DNA of 36,548 nucleotides from an uncultured Bacilli bacterium (lineage in GTDB: Bacteria; Bacillota_I; Bacilli_A; RF39; UBA660), in contig CALVXQ010000002.1 of assembly GCA_944371435.1 (NCBI GenBank), forward strand, positions 1 through 36,548, read 5' to 3'. The notes under the pieces are model-generated. The model saw only the letters and a list, made by a program, of their open reading frames with translations, was not told the origin of the DNA and made no database searches. Positions 27,410 through 34,879 of the stretch are shown here, piece after piece. Each line of letters opens with the position of its first letter. Within the stretch, counting starts at the first letter, position 1. Position numbers and translations under genes: made by a program.

Positions 27410-28016
27410 CTATAATATAAATGATATCTGCTAATCGTTTTAAATCTTCTTTAATATGAGTACTAATAATAATTAAACAATCTTGTTTTTTTAATTCTTT
27501 TAAATAATCAATTAATTTATCTACAGTCTTTTGTTCTACTCCATTAAATGGTTCATCTAATATAAGTATTTTAGGATGTTCCATAATAGCTTGTGCTATT
27601 CCCAATTTTTGTTTCATACCTAACGAATATTTTCCATACTTCTTTTTCATTTCATCTTTTAAATTGACTATTTCTAAAGCTTCTATTATTTCTTCTTCAC
27701 CTATTTTATGTTGTATTTTAGCTAACATTTTTAAGTTTTCATAACCACTTAAATCCGGAAAAAATGATGGTCCTTCGATTAATGCCCGTAAATCTTTAGG
27801 AAATTCTAATTTTGTATTCAAATTTACACCATCATATAATATTTCTCCAGAAGTAGGAATATAAAAACCACTAATCATCTTTAATAAAACGCTTTTTCCT
27901 GATCCATTACGTCCATATAAACCATAAATTTTACCACTTTCTAAAGTTAGATTAATATCTTTAATTACTTCTATTTTTTTAAATGCTTTACAAACATGTT
28001 TTAATTCTATTTTCAT
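27381..28016 (-). CDS. ABC transporter ATP-binding protein (short ABC-2/BcrA-like type)
   Basis: 211 aa with Walker A GRNGSGKS, signature YSLGMKQKLGIAQAI, Walker B ILILDEPFNG and H-loop ISTHI. Confidence 0.9.
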   Translation of the reverse strand: MKIELKHVCKAFKKIEVIKDINLTLESGKIYGLYGRNGSGKSVLLKMISGFYIPTSGEILYDGVNLNTKLEFPKDLRALIEGPSFFPDLSGYENLKMLAKIQHKIGEEEIIEALEIVNLKDEMKKKYGKYSLGMKQKLGIAQAIMEHPKILILDEPFNGVEQKTVDKLIDYLKELKKQDCLIIISTHIKEDLKRLADIIYIIDDGKLHEEK

Positions 28017-28027
28017 TGTTCACCATA

Positions 28028-28930
28028 TTATATCCTTTCACAATCGGTAATTAATTTTTCTTTATTTTTATATTTTAAATATACGATAAAACTCGATACT
28101 ATCGCTAATGAAGCAGATAATAATAATACTGGTAATATTCCAAAAGTATCATTAAAAGATAAATAATTTAAAATATTAAATAAACTTCCTTTTTCTGAAT
28201 GTAAGATTGTCGAAAATAAAACACCATTTATTCCTATTTCGAATATTCCATCAATTCCCCAAACGATTAAAAAAGATAGAAAAACAGCAACAAAAAAATG
28301 ATAATGTTTACGGACAATAATTAAACCAATATTAGTAAAAAAGATAGAATAAAAAATAATATTTAATAAATAAGAAACGACAAAAATAAAGGGATGACTT
28401 AATGTATCAGCACGCCAAACAGTAGTAAAATGATTTATCGCATAACTAGCATCTAAATTTGGATTAATGATGTAAGAAATAAGAAAAGCAATTATGACAA
28501 TAACTGGTAGTATAAAAAATGATCGATAAGCATTTTTAAATATTCTTAATCGTATTGTTTTATAATCCATTCTTGTTGCATCGTTAACAATAATCCTATT
28601 TTTTAAATATTTAATATTATAATATAAAGAAGGAATAATAATAAATAAAAATAAAATACCACCATATTGGCCAAGTCCCAAAACACCTATATAAAGATAA
28701 GCTGTAAAAAAATCAATGGACTCTCCCTCTCTAGATAGTACATCTAAACAAACTTGCTCGTGCTGAGTACCTATATAATCGGTATTCTTACAAAATTCTA
28801 AACTTTCCGCAAATGATTGTTCAGTATTATTTTTTATCTCCCAATAATCTCTTGCTGAAATACATACGATGATGAATAAAATGGAAAATGATATGATTAA
28901 TAAGAAATTCCTTTTTAAAAATTCTTTCAT
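28028..28930 (-). CDS. ABC-2-type permease-like membrane protein with a large first extracytoplasmic loop
   Basis: 300 aa. TM1 is followed by a loop of about 45 aa containing two Cys, then 5 further TM helices. AAGGAG RBS. Confidence 0.6.
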   Translation of the reverse strand: MKEFLKRNFLLIISFSILFIIVCISARDYWEIKNNTEQSFAESLEFCKNTDYIGTQHEQVCLDVLSREGESIDFFTAYLYIGVLGLGQYGGILFLFIIIPSLYYNIKYLKNRIIVNDATRMDYKTIRLRIFKNAYRSFFILPVIVIIAFLISYIINPNLDASYAINHFTTVWRADTLSHPFIFVVSYLLNIIFYSIFFTNIGLIIVRKHYHFFVAVFLSFLIVWGIDGIFEIGINGVLFSTILHSEKGSLFNILNYLSFNDTFGILPVLLLSASLAIVSSFIVYLKYKNKEKLITDCERI

Positions 28931-28979
28931 AATACTCCTTAAAATATTAGAAAAGCGATATTATAAAATGCAAATGTTA

Positions 28980-29402
28980 TTATCGTTGATTTACAGTCCA
29001 AATACCACTGTGAAAAGTATCCAGCAAAGTAGGATCTAAACGTTGTATGCCCAGTGAATAATTATTAGGCGAAGAAATACTTGTTGGATCCCTAAATGTT
29101 TGAGTTTCTCCCATTACTGTCACAACACCAACATAAACATCACCATCGTCATCGTACGGCTTTGCAAGAATTTTACAAGTCGTACATGGATTAGCCAGAA
29201 TAGTTCTTGATAATAAATGCTCATAAGTCGGATAAGTGTAATCCACTTTTTCTATCCACGGTGTTCTAGTCATATTACCTTTATCTAAATTATAATTAAC
29301 CGTTAAAGTATATACAATAGATGACGATAAAGCAAAACTAACTAATATATTCGTAACAACCGCTACAATTACTATTATTATCCCGTATTTTATAAATTTC
29401 AT
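28980..29402 (-). CDS. Membrane-anchored extracytoplasmic protein, unknown function (first gene of the ABC operon)
   Basis: 140 aa with signal-anchor IIIVIVAVVTNILVSFAL and a domain of about 110 aa containing a CTTC motif. Weak RBS. Confidence 0.5.
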   Translation of the reverse strand: MKFIKYGIIIVIVAVVTNILVSFALSSSIVYTLTVNYNLDKGNMTRTPWIEKVDYTYPTYEHLLSRTILANPCTTCKILAKPYDDDGDVYVGVVTVMGETQTFRDPTSISSPNNYSLGIQRLDPTLLDTFHSGIWTVNQR

Positions 29403-29589
29403 ATAGTATCAACATCTTTTTCTAACAATTTAATATATATAATATCACTTCTCTACAAATATTTAATAACATCTATTTTTCTCTAGATAAGAAAATTATA
29501 TCAATTATCGCAATGTATGTAAAGGAACTTTTTGCTCCCATCAACATTTACTCTAGATTTTAATTCATATAATTATCTTCTCTAAATCA

Positions 29590-29618
29590 TAAAAAAAGCT
29601 AACTATTTTCTAGTAGCT
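29590..29618 (-). terminator. Terminator of the 94-aa paralogue gene
   Basis: On the minus strand: agctacta-gaaaa-tagttagct (one bulge) followed by T7. Overlaps the stop codon. Confidence 0.55.
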
Positions 29619-29887
29619 TTTGTTTTTACTCTTTTAAAACTTGGATATAAAGTTGCATAATGATTTCTTAATAGATCATGATTAGTATCTAGTATAGTAT
29701 GATTTTCTTCAAATGAAAGTATTTTATCACCAGGTACTACTACTTTATCAATTCCATCAAAATAGATATTAAAATCTATATTAGGATAATTTCTATCTAC
29801 AAGGATAGTTCTTTTAATTAAATTAGGATTTTCTAAATCATACGCTACAATATAACTGCCAACATATAAATATTTTTGATTTTTCAT
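29603..29887 (-). CDS. Small hypothetical protein, paralogue of 22806-23090
   Basis: 94 aa from the ATG at 29887, behind AGAGAGGTG. About 35% identity to the paralogue by eye. Basic C-terminal tail. Confidence 0.65.
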   Translation of the reverse strand: MKNQKYLYVGSYIVAYDLENPNLIKRTILVDRNYPNIDFNIYFDGIDKVVVPGDKILSFEENHTILDTNHDLLRNHYATLYPSFKRVKTKATRK

Positions 29888-30035
29888 CAATTACACCTCT
29901 CTTAGCTGCTTATTATACAATATTAAATGAATTTTTTTAATCATTTTTTATTATTTTTTGTTCATAATTAAAAATTATAACCAGAATTTTTTAATCCATG
30001 ATAAAACAAAAAATCAACCATAATCTGATTGATTG

Positions 30036-30108
30036 ATATATCAAAAGTTCGTACTTTCTGAACAAATTTTCTAAAATGGTGCCATTGAGGAAGTTATATA
30101 CAACTTTT
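30036..30108 (-). repeat. tRNA-3'-flank-like repeat unit, copy B (chimeric)
   Basis: The left part, atatatcaaaagttcg...tggtgcc, matches 30887-30932. The right part, tggtgccattgaggaagttatatacaactttt, matches 25507-25538. Confidence 0.65.
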
Positions 30109-30120
30109 TATAAAATATTA

Positions 30121-30696
30121 TTACTTAACTTTATTTTGTTCTTTATTTAGTTTTTCCGTCACTATATGTTCAAATTCTGGATATATAGCTAATAAAGATT
30201 TTATTGCCCCCTTAATTCCAATTAATTCAAAGTTAATATATTTATCAATTAAATCGCTATTATCTAGAGGAATATAGTTTGGCCTATTTGGATATTTATA
30301 AATTTTCAGATTACCACTTTTAGCTTCTTCATTTAGTGTCATTAAAATATTATCATAATAAGTTTTCTTAATTGGTTTTATAGCACTTTCAAAAGATATT
30401 ACTTCTGGTTCCCATAAGTAGTCATAATGCTTAAAAGAACTACCATCTAATTCATATATGTATCCAGAAGTATTATATATTCTTTCTAAAACGCCTTCCC
30501 TTCTTTCTATTAATATAGGTAATCCATTATCATAAATTTTTATTGTATCTAAATCCCCCATGCCTCTATTCATAAATAACATTGCTATTACCATATTATC
30601 AGTCGCGTATATGCATTGCTTTTGATGAGTACCTACATGTGATTTTATCATTTCTATGTTACCATCATGACTTCCATGATATACAATCTTCTCCAT
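30121..30696 (-). CDS. Hypothetical protein with an H-Y-E ADP-ribosyltransferase-like motif triad (tentative)
   Basis: 191 aa from the ATG at 30696, behind AGAGGTGA. IVYHGS (H7), CIYATDN (Y30) and SGYIYELDG (E82) occur in ART-like order. No signal peptide. Confidence 0.35.
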   Translation of the reverse strand: MEKIVYHGSHDGNIEMIKSHVGTHQKQCIYATDNMVIAMLFMNRGMGDLDTIKIYDNGLPILIERREGVLERIYNTSGYIYELDGSSFKHYDYLWEPEVISFESAIKPIKKTYYDNILMTLNEEAKSGNLKIYKYPNRPNYIPLDNSDLIDKYINFELIGIKGAIKSLLAIYPEFEHIVTEKLNKEQNKVK

Positions 30697-30796
30697 GGAT
30701 TTTTTCACCTCTTTAGAAATTTTTTATAAAATATAATCAGGACAATTTCTTATATTTTATTGTAACATATTAATATAGTTATTTTCAAAAATAAAA

Positions 30797-30825
30797 TATT
30801 TAACTCCCTAGGCATTTTGACGCAA
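30797..30825 (-). promoter_or_regulatory. Candidate SigA promoter of the ART-like gene
   Basis: On the minus strand: TTGCGT (30825-30820), 17-nt spacer, TAAATA (30802-30797). Confidence 0.35.
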
Positions 30826-30886
30826 GTATCAAAATTACCAGTAGATATTTGCATATAAAATAAAAATCTGTCATATTTCAGACTGA

Positions 30887-30932
30887 ATATATCAAAAGTT
30901 CGAAAAGTTCGAACAGATTTCCCAATGGTGCC
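30887..30932 (-). repeat. tRNA-3'-flank repeat unit, copy A (native flank of tRNA-Thr)
   Basis: atatatcaaaagttcgaaaagttcgaacagatttcccaatggtgcc. The last 7 nt are the 3' end of tRNA-Thr, and the unit contains a weak gttcg/cgaac terminator hairpin. Confidence 0.65.
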
Positions 30933-31001
30933 GAAGGCAGGAATCAAACCCGCAACCTACTGATTACGATTCAGTTGCTCTATCAATTGCGCTACATCGG
31001 C
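30926..31001 (-). tRNA. tRNA-Thr (anticodon CGU), CCA encoded
   Basis: 76-nt cloverleaf: GCCGATG-TA-GCGC-AATTGATA-GAGC-A-ACTGA-ATCGTAA-TCAGT-AGGTT-GCGGG-TTTGATT-CCTGC-CTTCGGC-A-CCA. Contains U6-U67 and G12-A23 mismatches, and A19/U56 in place of G19/C56. Confidence 0.8.
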
Positions 31002-31020
31002 ATAACTAAATTTTAACATA

Positions 31021-31046
31021 AAAAAATGGTTTTTACACCATTTTTT
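31021..31046 (-). terminator. Terminator of the rubrerythrin gene
   Basis: On the minus strand: aatggt-gtaaaa-accatt followed by a T-run. An A-run on the other side makes it look bidirectional. Confidence 0.65.
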
Positions 31047-31055
31047 ATATCATTA

Positions 31056-31595
31056 TTAATAATTTTCTTTTTTAATTTCGAAGAATGATTTTGGATGAGC
31101 ACAAACAGGACATACTTCTGGAGCTTTTTTACCAATTACAATATGACCACAATTGCGGCATTGCCAAATACGATCATCATCTCTACTAAATACTAAGCCA
31201 CCTTCAATATTTTCGATTAACTTACGATATCTTTCTTCATGATGACGTTCAATCTCGCCTACCATTTCAAATAGCTTAGCAATACGAGTAAATCCTTCCT
31301 CTTTGGCTGTTTCGGCAAATTCCTTGTACATATCAGTCCATTCATAATTTTCGCCAGCAGCAGCATCATTTAAATTTTCTAATGTATCAGGGATTTCACC
31401 ACCATGTAATTCTTTAAACCACATCTTGGCATGTTCTTTTTCATTCTCTGCAGTTTCTAAGAATAAAGCAGCAATTTGTTCATAACCATCTTTCTTAGCT
31501 TTTGAAGCATAATAAGTATACTTATTACGAGCTTGTGATTCTCCAGCAAAAGCTGCTAATAAATTTTTTTCAGTTTTACTTCCTTTTAATTCCAT
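31056..31595 (-). CDS. rbr: Rubrerythrin
   Basis: 179 aa with the di-iron ferritin-like domain ([32 protein letters not shown]) and the C-terminal rubredoxin motifs CRNCGH...CPVC. Confidence 0.93.
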   Translation of the reverse strand: MELKGSKTEKNLLAAFAGESQARNKYTYYASKAKKDGYEQIAALFLETAENEKEHAKMWFKELHGGEIPDTLENLNDAAAGENYEWTDMYKEFAETAKEEGFTRIAKLFEMVGEIERHHEERYRKLIENIEGGLVFSRDDDRIWQCRNCGHIVIGKKAPEVCPVCAHPKSFFEIKKENY

Positions 31596-31657
31596 AAAAA
31601 ATTCCTTTCTTTACTTAATTATTTTATATCATTAAAACTTTTAAAGCAAGTTATTTT

Positions 31658-32485
31658 TTATAATATCGGTAACATATTAAGAATAATTCCACTTAATAAA
31701 CCAACTACAAAAATAATAACTGTTATTAAAAGATTTTCTTTCATATTTTTATTATTTTTAAATAATATTAATAATCCTACACCACTATTAGTTAATAATC
31801 CTCCTATTAAAGAACCAAAACTAATACTAAAGTTCAAATATAGTTTAGTAATAATAACACTAGAAGCACAATTAGGAATTAAGCCAACCAAACAAGTAAT
31901 TATTGGAGCAAAAATATTATCCTTTAATAAAATACTATTTAAGTATTCTTCTAAACCTAAATAAAATACTAAATTTAATATTAAATTAATTATTAAAATA
32001 AATATAGCAATATTAAATGTATGAATTAAAGCTGATTTAAAAATTGACTCTTTACAATGACAATGTTCATCTTTACATAAATGATAATCATGATTAACTT
32101 TCTTACGATAAAATAAATCAATTATAAAACCAACTACAACCCCAATTAATAATTTGATTCCTAAAATTCTTAAAATAATTCCTATATCAACATTCTCACT
32201 TATTAAAATAGGTAACATTTCATCACTAGTTGATAAATAAACTGCTATTAAAGTTCCTAAAGAAATAATCCTTGTAATATATAAATTAGTAGCAATTGAG
32301 GCAAATCCACATTGGGGAATTATTCCAAGTAAACCTCCAAATAACGGACCTAATTTTCCAGTTTTAATAAGTATATCATCAGATTTTAATTTATGTTCAA
32401 TAAATTCAATTATTAAAAATGATAGTAATAAAAATGGAATTAATTTTAAGGTATCAATAAGTCCATCTAAGATAACTTCTTCCAT
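31658..32485 (-). CDS. Polytopic membrane protein, putative metal (Mn/heavy-metal) exporter of the ArsP_2/PF11449-like family
   Basis: 275 aa with about 8-10 TM helices, GIIPQCGFAS and LIPNCASS half-repeats, and a central HCHCKE loop. Confidence 0.5.
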   Translation of the reverse strand: MEEVILDGLIDTLKLIPFLLLSFLIIEFIEHKLKSDDILIKTGKLGPLFGGLLGIIPQCGFASIATNLYITRIISLGTLIAVYLSTSDEMLPILISENVDIGIILRILGIKLLIGVVVGFIIDLFYRKKVNHDYHLCKDEHCHCKESIFKSALIHTFNIAIFILIINLILNLVFYLGLEEYLNSILLKDNIFAPIITCLVGLIPNCASSVIITKLYLNFSISFGSLIGGLLTNSGVGLLILFKNNKNMKENLLITVIIFVVGLLSGIILNMLPIL

Positions 32486-32524
32486 ATAAATAAATCACCT
32501 CTTTACAAATTTTAACATATTTTA

Positions 32525-33163
32525 TTAAAAAGTAATGTTTTTTTGTATCCTACAATTAGGACAATTATAAAATAAACACATTAATAATCTAATTACTTCA
32601 TTTAACATAGCATCATAATTAAATTCTTCATGTTGATGATAATTTAGTTCTTCACAAACTAAATTAATAATATTTATTAAAAAATGAGCTTTTTGTTTTT
32701 GATTATCTAAATTATATCCAGATTTGGTTAAAATATCATTAACTTTATTTGTAGCTTCTAATTCTTTATTTTTAAATATTTTAAATACTTCTAAATCACT
32801 ATTTTCTAAAGATAATAACTCATGATAAGCTTTTTTATAATCTTTTTTAACTTCAATAGTTTTTAATATTACTCTTTTAATAGCAACAGGAAAATTGTTT
32901 TTTAAATCACTTTCTTTTTCTAATATTTCGATAAAAGGAAACATTATACTACCTAAATACTTATTTAAACCATCTAATAATATCTCATGTTTATCATGAA
33001 AATATTGATAAACATTACCAGTTGAAATATTAGCATACTTAGCAATTGAAGCTGTATTTACTGAGTGATAACCATTATTACATATTAATTCAAACCCTTT
33101 ATCGATAATCATTTCTTTCGTAGCAATAGCTTTTTTCTTAATTGGTTGTCTTACATTACCCAT
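32525..33163 (-). CDS. TetR/AcrR-family transcriptional regulator
   Basis: 212 aa with the N-terminal HTH GYHSVNTASIAKYANISTGNVYQYFHDKHEIL. Starts 1 nt after the stop of the sufB-like gene. Confidence 0.88.
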   Translation of the reverse strand: MGNVRQPIKKKAIATKEMIIDKGFELICNNGYHSVNTASIAKYANISTGNVYQYFHDKHEILLDGLNKYLGSIMFPFIEILEKESDLKNNFPVAIKRVILKTIEVKKDYKKAYHELLSLENSDLEVFKIFKNKELEATNKVNDILTKSGYNLDNQKQKAHFLINIINLVCEELNYHQHEEFNYDAMLNEVIRLLMCLFYNCPNCRIQKNITF

Positions 33164-33164
33164 A

Positions 33165-34085
33165 TTACTTTAAAAAACCTTCTATAATAGCTTTTTCAGC
33201 TTCTTTTTCAGTCATTCCTAAAGACATTAATTTCATCAATTGATCTTTAGCAATTTTACCAATTGCAGCTTCATGAATCAAATTAGCTTCAACATCTTTG
33301 GCATAAATTTCAGGAATAGCTTTTATACGGCCCTTATCCTTAATAATTGCATCACACTCAACATGAGCATAACACTTATTTTTCCCAACAACATCAGAAT
33401 GAAATTCTTGGTAAGAATTGTCGGTAGCAACCGAACGAGATGTAACATGACAACTAGAATTCTGACCTTTTAAATTTATTTTAAAATCAGTAATAGCTTT
33501 TTCCGATGCCCTAGTCATTATCTTTTCCGTAATAGTTAAAGTACTATTATCTTTTAGTTTAGCATAAGTTTTTCTTTCGCTATAATCTACCCCACTTATT
33601 TGAATAGTATCCATAGTTAAATTAGCATTTTCTTCAAGATATATTTCTGTTATCGGATTAAGAATTTTTTTACCAGTACCATTTCCTTCAGCATAATGTT
33701 TTTCAACATATTTTACTTTGGCGTTCTTATCTAAATAAAAACGATGAATACCATCATGCTCCGATTTTTTATCGCTCGGATTATGAACACCACAACCAGA
33801 TAAAATTACTATATTCGAATTCTTACCAATATGAAAATCATTTTCAACAACATCTTTTAAACCACTTTCAGTAATTATTACAGGAATATGAATTATGCCA
33901 AATAAGGTATTATCTTTAACATAAATATCTAACCCTTTATTATCTTCTTTACTGACTATTTTTATATTAGGATTATCCTTACGAGCTACACATTTTCCAT
34001 TTTTTCGAATATTATAAATATCTTCATTTAAAATATCTTTATTACCTATAACTTCTTCTAATATTTTATTATCAATCTTTTCCAT
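33165..34085 (-). CDS. sufB: SufB/SufD-family Fe-S cluster assembly scaffold protein (short form)
   Basis: 306 aa with a beta-helix core and C-terminal ...ANLIHEAAIGKIAKDQLMKLMSLGMTEKEAEKAIIEGF, typical of SufB/D. Confidence 0.8.
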   Translation of the reverse strand: MEKIDNKILEEVIGNKDILNEDIYNIRKNGKCVARKDNPNIKIVSKEDNKGLDIYVKDNTLFGIIHIPVIITESGLKDVVENDFHIGKNSNIVILSGCGVHNPSDKKSEHDGIHRFYLDKNAKVKYVEKHYAEGNGTGKKILNPITEIYLEENANLTMDTIQISGVDYSERKTYAKLKDNSTLTITEKIMTRASEKAITDFKINLKGQNSSCHVTSRSVATDNSYQEFHSDVVGKNKCYAHVECDAIIKDKGRIKAIPEIYAKDVEANLIHEAAIGKIAKDQLMKLMSLGMTEKEAEKAIIEGFLK

Positions 34086-34099
34086 GTCTACCTCTTTTA

Positions 34100-34780
34100 T
34101 TAACCATTTAATATTTCCTCTAACATCTCTTTGGCTGGGCCAATATTTTTCACCTTACCATTAGCTAATATTATTATTTGATTAGCAATACTTAATATTC
34201 TTTCTTGATGAGAAATTACAATAGTAGTTGCCCTTTTAGAACTTTCAATTTCTTTAAATATCTCAGCTAAACTTTGAAAACTCCATAAATCAATACCTGC
34301 TTCTGGTTCATCAAATATACCTAAAAGTGGTTTACGGGCTAAAACACTAGCAATCTCAATTCTTTTTAATTCTCCACCCGATAAAGAATTATTTAACTCT
34401 CTATCTAAATAAGTAGATGAAGTAATACCAACTACTTTTAATAAATTTAGAGCATCATCCCTTGATATATTTAATCCAACTGCGTACTTCAATAAATCAT
34501 AAACTTTTATTCCTTTAAAATTAACTGGTTGCTGAAAAGTATAACCAATTCCTAACTTAGCTCTTTTAGTGATGTCTAAATCTGTTATATCTTCACCATT
34601 AAATAAAATACGACCAGAATCTGGTTTTTCAATTCCCATTATTATTTTAGCTAAAGTAGATTTACCACTACCATTTGGTCCTGTTATTACATAAAACTTA
34701 TTATCATTAAAAGATAAGTTTATATGATCAAGAATTTTTTTATTATCACGAGTAAAACAAATATCTATTAATTCTAACAT
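34100..34780 (-). CDS. sufC: SufC-type Fe-S cluster assembly ATPase
   Basis: From the ATG at 34780: MLELIDICF.... Walker A GPNGSGKST, signature LSGGELKRIEIA, Walker B GIFDEPEAGID. The track start at 34789 is a TTG. Confidence 0.85.
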   Translation of the reverse strand: MLELIDICFTRDNKKILDHINLSFNDNKFYVITGPNGSGKSTLAKIIMGIEKPDSGRILFNGEDITDLDITKRAKLGIGYTFQQPVNFKGIKVYDLLKYAVGLNISRDDALNLLKVVGITSSTYLDRELNNSLSGGELKRIEIASVLARKPLLGIFDEPEAGIDLWSFQSLAEIFKEIESSKRATTIVISHQERILSIANQIIILANGKVKNIGPAKEMLEEILNG

Positions 34781-34797
34781 AATATACAACTTTCTAT

Positions 34798-34821
34798 AAA
34801 TATGAAATAAATTTCATATTT
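34798..34821. promoter_or_regulatory. Perfect palindromic operator candidate downstream of the suf promoter
   Basis: aaatatgaaat-aa-atttcatattt (11-bp arms, 2-nt centre), lying between the -10 box and the sufC start. Confidence 0.55.
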
Positions 34822-34826
34822 GTTTT

Positions 34827-34855
34827 ATTATATCGATATTTAATTATTATAGCAA
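34827..34855 (-). promoter_or_regulatory. SigA promoter of the sufC operon
   Basis: On the minus strand: TTGCTA (34855-34850), 17-nt spacer, TATAAT (34832-34827). Confidence 0.6.
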
Positions 34856-34856
34856 G

Positions 34857-34879
34857 AAAAAAAGTTCTATTAAGAACTT
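34857..34879 (-). terminator. Terminator of the dehydrogenase gene
   Basis: On the minus strand: aagttct-taat-agaactt followed by T7. Overlaps the stop codon. Confidence 0.7.

Noticed and set aside
28980-29402. The 140-aa anchored protein as a lactococcin-972-type or lantibiotic-type bacteriocin precursor.
   Set aside because: It shows no resemblance to the lactococcin 972 core as I remember it. It has no double-glycine or lantibiotic leader, and the window holds no modification enzymes. Only the weaker statement (unknown exoprotein linked to an ABC-2 transporter) is kept.
22100-30932. The accessory region as an integron-like cassette array or a prophage/ICE remnant.
   Set aside because: There is no integrase, attI/attC-type sites, recombinase, relaxase or phage structural genes. 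Several cassettes have their own promoters and terminators. Only the repeat-bounded cassette description is retained.
30750-30947. 65-aa minus-strand ORF upstream of the ART-like gene.
   Set aside because: It starts inside the 3' end of tRNA-Thr and runs across repeat unit A and the candidate promoter. It has no RBS. Its start (MIPAFGTIG) is just the translated tRNA 3' end and its flank.
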